Positions 28,851-40,224 of a DNA stretch of 64,000 bases are shown one piece after another. A program made the position numbers and the translations under genes. The stretch lies in the NCBI GenBank assembly GCA_964016885.1, contig OZ024766.1, forward strand, positions 12,028,001 to 12,092,000. Direction: 5' to 3'. Every line of letters begins with the position of its first letter. Positions within the stretch are counted from its first letter, which is position 1. This DNA is from Eledone cirrhosa. Its lineage: Eukaryota. The notes beneath the pieces were generated by a model. The model ran no database searches and was not told where the DNA came from. It was given only the letters and a program-made list of their open reading frames with translations.

Positions 28851-29144
28851 GAAAAATGTGTCTATCAATGCTACTTCTACTGTCTAATTTAGGACTACCC
28901 TAAGGAGAAGAATATGGAAGTTAAAGGACTCCACAGCCAGTAACAAATTTAAAAGCATATTACTTGATGCTTTTGACAGTAAGGAAGAGCAATTAGAGTC
29001 GTACAATATAGAGGAACAGTGGGAATTCCTGAATATGTATATATATATGTATATATATATATGTATATATATATGTATATATATGTATATATATATGTAT
29101 ATATGTATATATATATGTATATATATATGTGTATATATATCATC

Positions 29145-29490
29145 TCATCATCATCATCATTTCATTTTACGTCCGCTTTTTCCCTGTTTGCAAGGGTGGG
29201 ACGGGAACTGATGCTTGCTTGATTTCTACAGCTGGATGCCATTCCTAACACCAACCTCATTTACAGTGAGTGCTGGGTGCTTTTTTGCCGTGGCACCTCC
29301 ACGACCACTTTGCAGTGGTATGATATGGACCCCAGTCCCTATCATCTCATTTCTACAGCTGAGTAAACTGGAGCAATGTGAAATAAAGTGTCTTGCTCAA
29401 GGAAACAACACATCACCCGGTCTGAGAATTGAACTCACAACCTTTCGATTGCAAGGCCAATGCTCTAACCACTAAGCCATGTGCTACCAC
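29145..29490 (-). mobile_element. tRNA-derived SINE with RTE-derived 3' tail
   Basis: Minus strand has A box TGGCTTAGTGG and B box GAGTTCAATTC; tail matches the RTE end at 27970-28020; multiple copies in the window. Confidence 0.88.
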
Positions 29491-29523
29491 ATATATGTAT
29501 ATATATATGTGTGTATATGTGTA

Positions 29524-30125
29524 TCATCATCATCATTTTACGTCCGTTCTTCCACGCTAGCATGGGTTAGACGGGTTGTCCTGTTGTGTGCAGTGTCTGG
29601 TCGGCTGACCTTGCCTTGCTCATACAGGAACTGATTTGGCTTGATTTCTACAGCTGGATGCCCTTCCTAACACCAACCTCATTTACAGTGAGTGCTGGGT
29701 GCTTTTTCGTGGCGCCTACACGACCACTTTACAGTGTGGGCTGGGTGCTTTTTTGCCGTGGCACCTCCACGACCACCTTGCAGTGAGGGGTGTGGGGGCA
29801 TATTGTCTATATGCTTCAGCTTGTACCCATGGGAGGTCGGGTATTCTGTATTACTGCATGACGCCAGGGGTCACGGTCGCGTGTCATCGCCTTTGAGAGG
29901 TGTAATTGGGTAAGGTCGGCTTTTATCACCTCATCCCAGGTCATCTTGGGTCTCCCCTCTCCGCGGTTTCCATCAACTTCTAGTGCTCTGCACCTTTTTA
30001 TGCAGCTGTCATCCTTCATACGCATCACATGTCCATACCAACACAACCGCCTCTCCTGCACACAGCATTTGATTCCTCTTATGCTTAGTCTCTCTCTCAA
30101 TTCATTTATGCTTTGTCGTTCGCGT
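29524..30125 (-). mobile_element. RTE LINE 3' fragment (second subfamily), with 3' UTR containing two copies of the 48-bp satellite progenitor
   Basis: Peptide RRLCWYGHVMRM..GRPKMTW, stop at 29816, then UTR and (ATG)n tail. Confidence 0.85.
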
Positions 30126-30150
30126 ATATTACTATTATCGCGTATATTAC

Positions 30151-30195
<45 letters not shown>

Positions 30196-30348
30196 CAAGA
30201 TGTATGGTAGGTCGTACGTGAATCGCGATGATCACGTCTGACCTACCAAATATGTGACGGTAGCTAGTTAAGCTCTATGCGTATAAGCAGAGCAGAAATA
30301 TTAATGAAAAAGAACAAAGGAACTATTATGACATTATAACAAGTTTAT

Positions 30349-30395
30349 TGCCGACAGCCGTTTCGTCCGACCCCATGGTGGGACTTTTCAAGGCA
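30349..30395 (-). ncRNA. Type I minimal hammerhead ribozyme, family D, U3-A8 core variant
   Basis: Reverse complement: UGCC UUGAAAA GUCCCACC-AUGG-GGUCGGAC GAAA CGGCUG UC GGCA; stem I UGCC/GGCA; GUC cleavage triplet. Confidence 0.75.
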
Positions 30396-31398
30396 TATAA
30401 CATGTGATTGTAAGATCATTGTTTACATCAACGTATCACTCAAGACTAGCAGTTTGAAATTGTGGTATACATCAGCAGCTTGGCTTGTATATTTGGGGTC
30501 TATATTCTAAGGGGGCTCTTTTATATTAGTTGTCGGGGTCAGGGATTTAAGGTTAAAAATTAGATAATATATAATTTACGCATTAAAAGTAAAAATTAAA
30601 AATTAAAAGACTTGGGATCTCGTAGAAGCACCTTAAAAAATCCCTCAATAAGTGCATAAAGCTTACAGGCCCCAATAAACCTAACAAACTATAAGAGATT
30701 AAGAGGCTAATAAAATAAAAAAATAAAAATATAAAGTTTCCCTAAAAAATATAGTTTCCTAAGAAGTTCCTTCGAGAGAAAAAAAATTTATTTTTCCGAA
30801 AGAAAAAAAAAAAATATATATATATCAATCTCTCTCTATATATATATATATAAATATAAATCTATCTATTTCTCTCTGCATCTCAATATATATAAATCTG
30901 TATATATATATATAAATGAAGTAATTCTGTCGGAAAAAGAGACCAGGATTTTTTCATTCTGAGGATTGAAAGCAAAATCTTTTGCTTTTAAGAAACCACT
31001 GGTAAATGGAATAATTGCCTTATGTTGTTTATTACATAACTATATATATATATATATAAGTATGTACACGTACATACATATATGTATACAGACGTACAGT
31101 AGTATGTATATATATATACATATATGCACACACATATATATGTACGTATGGATTCACCGAACATTTATTATAATGCTCGGTGTGTTTGTAAACAAACATC
31201 CCGTATTAAACCGTAGTGTCTAGCAACCATCGTTGCTCGTTTGTTCAACACTGACAAAGGAACGCTGTACTAGTTTCAAGCTTATTAGCTATCGTCAGCA
31301 ACGTATACCTTCCTGCCAGATTGTTGAACGTATATACTTACCTTATGCATATTAACGGCTGAATAGCCCAATTTGCATATCGAGTGGGTTAATTGGCC

Positions 31399-34083
31399 GG
31401 TGCTTTTTGTTGTGACACCTACATGACCACTTTACAGTGTAGACGGGGTGCTTTTTGTTGTGACACCTACATGACCACTTTACAGTGTGGACCGGGTGCT
31501 TTTTGTTGTGACACCTACATGACCACTTTACAGTGTGGACTGGGTGCTTTTTGTTGTGACACCTACATGACCACTTTACAGTGTGGACTGGGTGTTTTTT
31601 GTTGTGACACCTACATGACCACTTTACAGTGTGGACTGGGTGCTTTTTGTTGTGACACCTACATGACCACTTTACAGTGTGGACTGGGTGTTTTTTGTTG
31701 TGACACCTACATGACCTCTTTACAGTGTGGACTGGGTGCTTTTTGTTGTGACACCTACATGACCACTTTACAGTGTGGACTGGGTGCTTTTTGTTGTGAC
31801 ACCTACATGACCACTTTACAGTGTGGACTGGGTGTTTTTTGTTGTGACACCTACATGACCACTTTACAGTATGGACAGGGTGCTTTTTGTTGTGACACCT
31901 ACATGACCACTTTACAGTGTGGACTGGGTGTTTGTTATCATAGTGACACCTACATGACCACTTTACAGTGTGGACAGGGTGCTTTTTGTCGTGACACCTA
32001 CATGACCACTTTACAGTGTGGACTGGGTTCTTTTTGTTGTGACACCTACATGACCACGTTACAGTGTGGAATGGGTGCTTTTTGTCATGACACCTACATG
32101 ACCACTTTACAGTGTGGACTGGGTGCTTTTTGTCGTGACACCTACATGACCACTTTACAGTGTGGACTGGGTGCTTTTTGTCGTGACACCTACATGACCA
32201 CTTTACAGTGTGGACTGGGTGCTTTTTGTCATGACACCTACATGAGCACTTTACAGTGTGGATTGGGTGGTTTTTGTTGACACCTACATGAGCACTTTAC
32301 AGTGTGGACTGGGTGCTTTTTGTTGTAACATCTACATGACCACTTTACAGTGTGGACAAGGTGCTTTTTGTTGTGACACCTACATGACCATTTTACAGTG
32401 TGGACTGGGTGCTTTTTGTCGTGACACCTACATGACCACTTTACAGTGTGGACTGGGTGCTTTTTGTTGTGACACCTACATGACCACTTTACAGTGTGGA
32501 CTGGGTGCTTTTTGTTGTGACACCTACATGACCACTTTACAGTGTGGACTGGGTGCTTTTTGTTGTGACACCTACATGACCACTTTACAGTGTGGACTGG
32601 GTGCTTTTTGTTGTGACACCTACATGACCACTTTACAGTGTGGACAGGGTGCTTTTTGTTGTGACACCTACATGACCACTTTACAGTGTGGACTGGGTTC
32701 TTTTTCTCGTGACACCTACATGACCACTTTACAGTGTGGTGTGGGTGCTTTTTGTTGTGACACCTACATGACCACTTTACAGTGTGGACTGGGTGCTTTT
32801 TGTTGTGACACCTACATGACCACTTTACAGTGTGGACTGGGTGCTTTTTGTTGTGACACCTACATGACCACTTTACAGTGTGGACAGGGTGGTTTTTGTT
32901 GTGACACCTACATGACCACTTTACAGTGTAGACGGGGTGCTTTTTGTTGTGACACCTACATGACCACTTTACAGTGTGGACCGGGTGCTTTTTGTTGTGA
33001 CACCTACATGACCACTTTACAGTGTGGACTGGGTGCTTTTTGTTGTGACACCTACATGACCACTTTACAGTGTGGACTGGGTGCTTTTTGTCGTGACACC
33101 TACATGACCACTTTACAGTGTGGACTGGGTGCTTTTTGTTGTGACACCTACATGACCACTTTACAGTGTGGACTGGGTGCTTTTTGTCATGACACCTACA
33201 TGACCACTTTACAGTGTGGACAGGGTGCTTTTTGTTGTGACACCTACATGACCACTTTACAGTGTGGACTGGGTTCTTTTTCTCGTGACACCTATATGAC
33301 CACTTTACAGTGTGGACAGGGTGGTTTTTGTTGTGACACCTACATGACCACTTTACAGTGTGGACAGGGTGCTTTTTGTTGTGACACCTACATGACCACT
33401 TTACAGTGTGGACAGGGTGCTTTTTGTTGTGACACCTACATGACCACTTTACAGTGTGGACTGGGTTCTTTTTCTCGTGACACCTACATGACCACTTTAC
33501 AGTGTGGACAGGGTGGTTTTTGTTGTGACACCTACATGACCACTTTACACCGTGGACAGGGTGGTTTTTGTTGTGACACCTACATGACCACTTTACAGTG
33601 TGGACTGGGTGTTTTTGTCATGACACCTACATGACCACTTTACAGTGTGGACAGGGTGCTTTTTGTTGTGACACCTACATGACCACTTTACAGTGTGGAC
33701 TGGGTGCTTTTTGTCGTGACACCTACATGACCACTTTACAGTGTGGACTGGGTGCTTTTTGTCGTGACACCTACATGACCACTTTACAGTGTGGACAGGG
33801 TGCTTTTTGTTGTGACACCTACATGACCACTTTACAGTGTGGACTGGGTTCTTTTTCTCGTGACACCTACATGACCACTTTACAGTGTGGACTGGGTGCT
33901 TTTTGTTGTGACACCTACATGACCACTTTACAGTGTGGACTGGGTGCTTTTTGTTGTGACACCTACATGACCACTTTACAGTGTGGACTGGGTGGTTTTT
34001 GTCAAGACACCTACATGACCACTTTACAGTGTGGACTGGGTGCTTTTTGTCATGACACCTACATGACCACTTTACAGTGTGGG
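31399..34083. repeat. 48-bp satellite array B (about 56 units), variant ...GGGTGCTTTTTGTTGTGACACC
   Basis: 48-bp period; shares most positions with array A but carries its own fixed differences. Confidence 0.97.
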
Positions 34084-34493
34084 CCGGAGTTTCACTGGAT
34101 GTATATTTCAGCTTGTCCTCATATATATATATATATATATGCACAGAAGTGTGTATATATATAAATATATATATAAATATATATATAAATATATAAATAT
34201 ATAAATATATATAGTTGACCCACCTACACACTGATAATGATGATGTATATATGTATATATATATATGTATATATATTGTTGATGTAATTTCAAGAGCAAT
34301 GATCTAATTCTGATTAGCAGTTAACAATTGGCAATTTGGTGGTGGGGGTGGGTGGGAGGTGAAGTGTTAAATTCCAGGTGTAAAAGTGGTGTAGGTGGGG
34401 GCGGGTGGGGGGTGAAAGAGTTTGAAGGTGGTGCGAGATATAGAAATAGGAAGGACACACGCACACACACACACACATATACATATATAAATA

Positions 34494-34528
<35 letters not shown>

Positions 34529-34584
34529 GCATGCATATATATATATATATATATATATGCATGCATATATATATATATATATAT

Positions 34585-34908
34585 TAGTAGTTAGAGCATT
34601 GGCCTTGCAATCGAAAGGTTGTGAGTTCAATTGTCAGACTGGGTGATGTGTTGTTTCCTTGAGCAAGACACTTTATTTCACATTGCTCCAGTTTACTCAG
34701 CTGTAGAAATGAGATGATAGGGACTGGGGTCCCTATCATTCCACTGTAAAGTGGTTGTGGAGGTGCCACAGCATAAAAGCACCCAGTACTCACTGTAAAT
34801 GAGGTTGGTGTTAGGAAGGGCATCCAGCTGTAGAAAACAAGCCAGAATCAGTTCCCGTCCCACCCTTGCAAGCAGGGAAAAAACGTGCGTAAAATGAAAT
34901 AATGATGA
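34585..34908 (+). mobile_element. tRNA-derived SINE copy (slightly 5'-truncated)
   Basis: Same family as 29145-29490. Confidence 0.85.
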
Positions 34909-35047
34909 TATATATATATATATATGTATTGAAATTTCCGTTGGAAACAGAAAAGGTCATAGAAGTGAAGAGTGCTCTATGTAAGTATCAGAGCAAAATT
35001 TAATGTATAAAAATGTAATGTATAAAATTTAATGTATAAAAATCAAT

Positions 35048-35091
<44 letters not shown>

Positions 35092-35345
35092 TGCATATAT
35101 ATGTATATATATATATATATATATGCATGCATATATATATAAATATGTGTACATATAAATGTGTTTTTATGCATGTATGTATGAATCAAAATGTTTTAAC
35201 TGTATGTGATAACTATGTGTGTGTATGTAGTTTGTGTGTATGTCGCTATCTGTGTGCTCTTCTGTCTATGAGTGTCGTTTCATGAATGCACGAGTAAACT
35301 ATGCTTTTTTTATTGTTCAATGCACAAACACACACATATATATAC

Positions 35346-35378
<33 letters not shown>

Positions 35379-35383
35379 CATAC

Positions 35384-35540
35384 ATTGTTATACTTGGGGA
35401 GGGTCATATTGTTGTAATAATATTGCCAGAATTAATAACAGAACACACTCACTGTTTGAACCAACCAAACAGTGAGTGAGTTCTGTTATTAATTCTGGCA
35501 ATATTATTACAACAATATGGCCCTCCCCAAGTATAACAAT
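35384..35540. mobile_element. Foldback/MITE-like palindrome, arms of about 75 bp
   Basis: ATTGTTATACTTGGGGAGGG...CACTGTTTG-AACCAAC-CAAACAGTG...CCCTCCCCAAGTATAACAAT; (TA)n flanks. Confidence 0.7.
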
Positions 35541-35600
35541 ATTTGTTTCGACACACGATTTCATATCAAAAACCTCGCAAAACTATATATACATATATAT

Positions 35601-35645
<45 letters not shown>

Positions 35646-35647
35646 TA

Positions 35648-35887
35648 TAGTTATGTAATAAACAACATAACATAATTAATCCATTTACCAAAGGTTTCAC
35701 GAAGACAGACGAGTCTGACACGAACGCCTGACTTTGGTTGTCAGAATGAAAATTTATTTTAAATGCCTTTTAAATAAATTTTCATTCTGGCAAGAAATTT
35801 TCGTCAGACGTCCGTGTCGAGCTCGTCTGCTTCGTGAAACCCTTGGTAAATGGAATAATTGTCTTATGTTGTTTATTACATAACTAA
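35648..35887. mobile_element. Foldback/MITE-like element, imperfect arms of about 115 bp
   Basis: TAGTTATGTAATAAACAACATAA... inverted at ...TTATGTTGTTTATTACATAACTA; a terminal copy also lies at about 31000-31042. Confidence 0.7.
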
Positions 35888-35948
35888 ATAGCTCTGTAGC
35901 CTACATAGAGCACTCTCCTCTCTTTTCCTTTACTTTTCCTACGGAAAC

Positions 35949-35986
<38 letters not shown>

Positions 35987-36025
35987 ATATTAACAAATGG
36001 AAACTATATTTATAAAACCATATTT

Positions 36026-36090
36026 ATTTCATTATCCATATTTCAAGGGCCACCTGAACAAACTTATGGTGCGCTTTCATCAGATAAAAT
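36026..36090 (-). ncRNA. Type I minimal hammerhead ribozyme, family C
   Basis: Reverse complement: AUUUUAU CUGAUGA AAGCGCACC...GGUGGCCCUU GAAA UAUGGA UA AUGAAAU; 7-bp stem I with one G-U; element has inverted partial end (35981-36037 vs 36163-36220). Confidence 0.7.
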
Positions 36091-36329
36091 ATAATAGGTT
36101 AGTTTTATAAATAAATATTGACATACCCTTAAAAAATGCGACCATTCTGGTTGGAATCTCCTGGATAATGAAATAAATATGGTTTTATAAATATAGTTTC
36201 CATTTGTTAATATATTGTATATTTACTCCAATAATTTTTTGAGTGTTTTATATCAGTTATAAAAATATTTTGCTTGTTGTATCCAAACAAATTTAATATA
36301 ACCTCTACATATATATATATATATATAGT

Positions 36330-36427
36330 AATAATTATTTCTACTTTAGGCACAAGGCCAGCAATTACCCAGTAAATTACTGGTACTTTATTTCATCGAC
36401 CCCGTAAGGATGAAAGGCAAAGTCAAA
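36330..36427 (-). mobile_element. Fragment of a second SINE family
   Basis: Reverse-complement similarity to 55475-55570 (GGGGTCGAT..AAATAAAGTACCAG..GCTGGCCTTGTGCCTAA). Confidence 0.6.
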
Positions 36428-36501
36428 TAAATTTGAAGACTAAAATCCAAAGACGGCTCGAAAGAACTCTTTGCTTAAACTTTAATCTGTTATTTTAATA
36501 A

Positions 36502-36530
<29 letters not shown>

Positions 36531-36533
<3 letters not shown>

Positions 36534-36930
36534 TTTGAGTATATGTTGGTTGTATACCAACACCTCAGTATGCAGATTTGAGCACTCGACGAAGTGCGCA
36601 GGTTGGTTTGGTTACTCCGGAGTAATGTAAAATAAACTAAAATAAATGTCAAATATTTAAAATTTGGCTTCGTTTATTACTGCTATATATATTTTGGTGA
36701 CGGCCATCTTTGGCTGTGACCTCTTCAGGCAGTCCAAATTGATGTGGTAGAGATGAGTACATATGTTGTTGACAAAGTTAAACACCTCAACAACATGTGT
36801 ACTCGTCTCTACCACACTAATTCGGACTGCCTGAAGAGGTCACAGCCAAAGATGGCCGTCACCGAAATATATATAGCAGTAATAAACGAAGCTAAATTTT
36901 AAATATTTGATTTATTTATTTTAGTTTATT
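36531..36930. mobile_element. Family A hammerhead element, second inverted pair
   Basis: Minus arm 36531-36772, plus arm 36783-36930; the minus-arm hammerhead (36679-36733) has GAAA changed to AAAA. Confidence 0.78.
36826..36880 (+). ncRNA. Type I minimal hammerhead ribozyme, family A (canonical core)
   Basis: ACUGC CUGAAGA GGUCACAGCCA-AAGA-UGGCCGUCACC GAAA UAUAUA UA GCAGU; G-C closing pair of stem II. Confidence 0.83.
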
Positions 36931-36969
36931 TTATTTTATTTTATTTTATTTTATTTTAGTTTATTTTAT

Positions 36970-37317
36970 ATCATCATCATCATGATTTCATTTTACGTCC
37001 GCTTTTTCCCTGCTTGCAAGGGTGGGACGGGAACCGATTCTGTCTTGATTTCTACAGCTGGATGCCCTTCCTAACACCAACCTCATTTACAGTGAGTGCT
37101 GGGTGCTTTTTTGCCGTGGCACCTCCACGACCACTTTGCAGTGGAATGATATGGACCCCCAGTCCCTATCATCTCATTTCTACAGCTGAGTAAACTGGAG
37201 CAATGTGAAATAAAGTGTCTTGCTCAAGGAAACAACACATCACCCGGTCTGAGAATTGAACTCACAACCTTTCGATTGCAAGGCCAATGCTCTAACCACT
37301 AAGCCATGTGCCTCCAA
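36970..37317 (-). mobile_element. Full-length tRNA-derived SINE with RTE tail
   Basis: A/B boxes, central CCTTGAGCAAGACACTTTA block, RTE-like 3' end with (ATG)n. Confidence 0.9.
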
Positions 37318-37456
37318 TCTATATATATATATATACTTATATATATTACTTATATATACTTATATATACATATATATATATTTATATTATTCAAAATATT
37401 AACAAATGAAGATATTCACATAATCAAAATATAAACGATGATGATGATGATGATCA

Positions 37457-37967
37457 TATATAACCAAAGATTAATATGGTTCATTGATTACTCAATGAAT
37501 ACAGTTTTACAATAGATTAAAAGCACTCAACAGTAAAAACAAAAAAAAATTTCCTGGAGTTTTTTAATATTATTCAAAATGTTAACATATGAAGACATTC
37601 ACATAATCAAAATATATGCTTTATTATATATATTTCGAAGGTACTGTGTTGTTTTTTCAGTACGTCCTCGTCAGATAAAATATATGATTTGATATATGAC
37701 ATACCGCTACGGTCTTGATGGTTCAATTCCTGTATTGTCGTATATCAAATCATATATTTTATCTGATGAGGACGTACTGAAAAAAACAACACAGTACCTT
37801 ACAAATATATATAATAAAACATATATTTTGATTATGTGAATGTCTTCGTTTGTTAATATTTTGAATAATATTAAAAACTTCAGAAATTTTTACTGTTGAG
37901 TGCTTTTAATCTATTGTAAAACTGTATTCATTGAGTAATCAATGAACCATATTAATCTTTGATTATA
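37457..37967. mobile_element. Family B hammerhead-bearing inverted-repeat element
   Basis: Arms 37457-37701 and 37736-37967 are reverse complements around a spacer of about 34 nt. Confidence 0.75.
37620..37679 (-). ncRNA. Type I minimal hammerhead ribozyme, family B
   Basis: Reverse complement: UUUAU CUGACGA GGACGUACUG-AAAAAACAACA-CAGUACCUUC GAAA UAUAUA UA AUAAA; the plus-arm copy (37758-37818) has a mutated GAAA. Confidence 0.77.
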
Positions 37968-37979
37968 TAACATTATAAC

Positions 37980-38645
37980 ATCATCATCATCGTTTAACGC
38001 CCATCTTCCACGCTAGCATGGGTTTAGACAGGAATTGTCATACTTGAGGCAAGATTGGTTGTGTTGCTCGTATAGGACTGCCTGGCGGGTTTTCTATGGC
38101 TGGATACCCTTCCTAACACCAACCACGTTTACAGTGTGGACTGGGAGGTTTTTACCGTGTTACCTACATGGCCACATTACAGCGTGGACTGTGTGTTTTA
38201 TTGTCATGACACCTACACGTCTGGCGGGTTTTCTACAGCTGGATGCCCTTCCTAACACCAACCACGTTTACAGTGTGGACTGGGAGGTTTTTACCGTGTT
38301 ACCTACACGGCCACATTACAGTGTGGACTGTGTTTTATTGTCGTGACACCTACACATCTGGCGGGTTTTCTACGGCTGGATGCCCTTCCTAACACCAACC
38401 ACGTTTACAGTGTGGACTGGGAGGTTTTTACCGTGTTACCTACATGGCCACATTACAGCGTGGACTGGGTGTTTTTTTGTCGTGACACCTACACGACCTC
38501 ATTTATTTTAGACTGGATGTTGTGGTACCAACACAACTTTACATCGAAAGGGGCGGTGTTGGTGGGAGTAGAAGGATGGAGTAGGTGTAGTGGGATGGGG
38601 TGTATCTGTATTACTGTGTAGCGCCAAAGATCTCGGTCCAGTGAC
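37980..38645 (-). mobile_element. RTE 3' UTR fragment with three internal repeats of about 140 bp, each containing 48-mer-like units
   Basis: Tail similar to 29524-29570; repeated GGATGCCCTTCCTAACACCAACCACGTTTACAGTGTGGACTGG. Confidence 0.7.
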
Positions 38646-38811
38646 ATATATATATATGGCATTGTTAAGTGACATATATATATATATATATATATAACGC
38701 CTTGTTGAGTCAAACTTAGCCAAGCGTTGATATCATCCACTACTCGGAGTACCCTAACTGGACTACACCTAAGTGGACTACCTATAACAATAATTTGTTA
38801 CCCCGTATCAT

Positions 38812-40212
38812 TATCATCATCATCATCATCATCATTTTACGTCCGCTTTTCCCTGCTTGCAAGGGTGGGACGGGTCTTATTCAGTACAGCATCTCTCCAC
38901 TTGTCACGGTCCTTCGTCATCTCCACCGTGAGTTTCAGCGATCTGAGGTCTGTTCTCACCACCTCCGCCCATGTTTTTCGTGGTCTACCTCTACCACGTC
39001 TTCCTTCAACTGGCATTTCCTGGCACTTCTTCACCCATCGGTCATCCTCCATGCGCATCACATGTCCATACCACCTCAGTCTCCTCTCCCGTACACCACA
39101 TTCTATCCCTCTCAGACACAATATCTCTCTCAACACATCACATGTCCATACCATCTCAGTCTCCTCTCCTGTACACTACATTCTATCCCTCTCAGACACA
39201 GTTTCTCTCTCAACACATCACATGTCCATACCACCGCAGTCTCCTCTCCCGTACACCACATTCTATCCCTCTCAGACACAATATCTCTCTCAACACATCA
39301 CATGTCCATACCATCTCAGTCTCCTCTCCTGTACACTACATTCTATCCCTCTCAGACACAGTTTCTCTCTCAACACATCACATGTCCATACCACTGCAGT
39401 CTCCTCTCCCGTACACCACATTCTATCCCTCTCAGACACAGTCTCTCTCTCAACACATCACATGTCCATACCACCGCAGTCTCCTCTCTCGCACACTACA
39501 TTCTATCCCTCTCAGACACAGTTTCTCTCTCAACACATCACATGTCCATACCACCTCAGTCTCCTCTCCCGTACACTACATTCTATGCCTCTCAGACACA
39601 GTTTCTCTCTCAACACATCACATGTCCATACCACCTCAGTCTCCTCTCTCGCACACTACATTCTATCCCTCTCAGACACAGTTTCTCTCTCAACACATCA
39701 CATGTCCATACCACTGCAGTCTCCTCTCCCGTACACCACATTCTATCCCTCTCAGACACAGTCTCTCTCTCAACACATCACATGTCCATACCACCGCAGT
39801 CTCCTCTCTCGCACACTACATTCTATCCCTCTCAGACACAGTTTCTCTCTCAACACATCACATGTCCATACCACCTCAGTCTCCTCTCCCGTACACTACA
39901 TTCTATCCCTCTCAGACACAGTTTCTCTCTCAACACATCACATGTCCATACCACCTCAGTCTCCTCTCCCGTACACTACATTCTATCCCTCTCAGACACA
40001 GTTTCTCTCTCAACACATCACATGTCCATACCACCGCAGTCTCCTCTCTCGCACACTACATTCTATCCCTCTCAGACACAGTTTCTCTCTCAACACATTT
40101 ATACTGGGTCGTTCACGCACATTTACACTGCACATCCAACAGAGCATGCTTGCCTCATTTCTCTCCAGCCGTCGCATATCCTCTGCAGTTGCTGCCCATG
40201 TCTCACTACCCG
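38812..40212 (-). mobile_element. 5'-truncated RTE LINE with 13 tandem copies of an internal 80-bp segment (39056-40095)
   Basis: Near-identical to 27970-28635; exact 80-bp period. Confidence 0.92.
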
Positions 40213-40224
40213 TATATATATATA

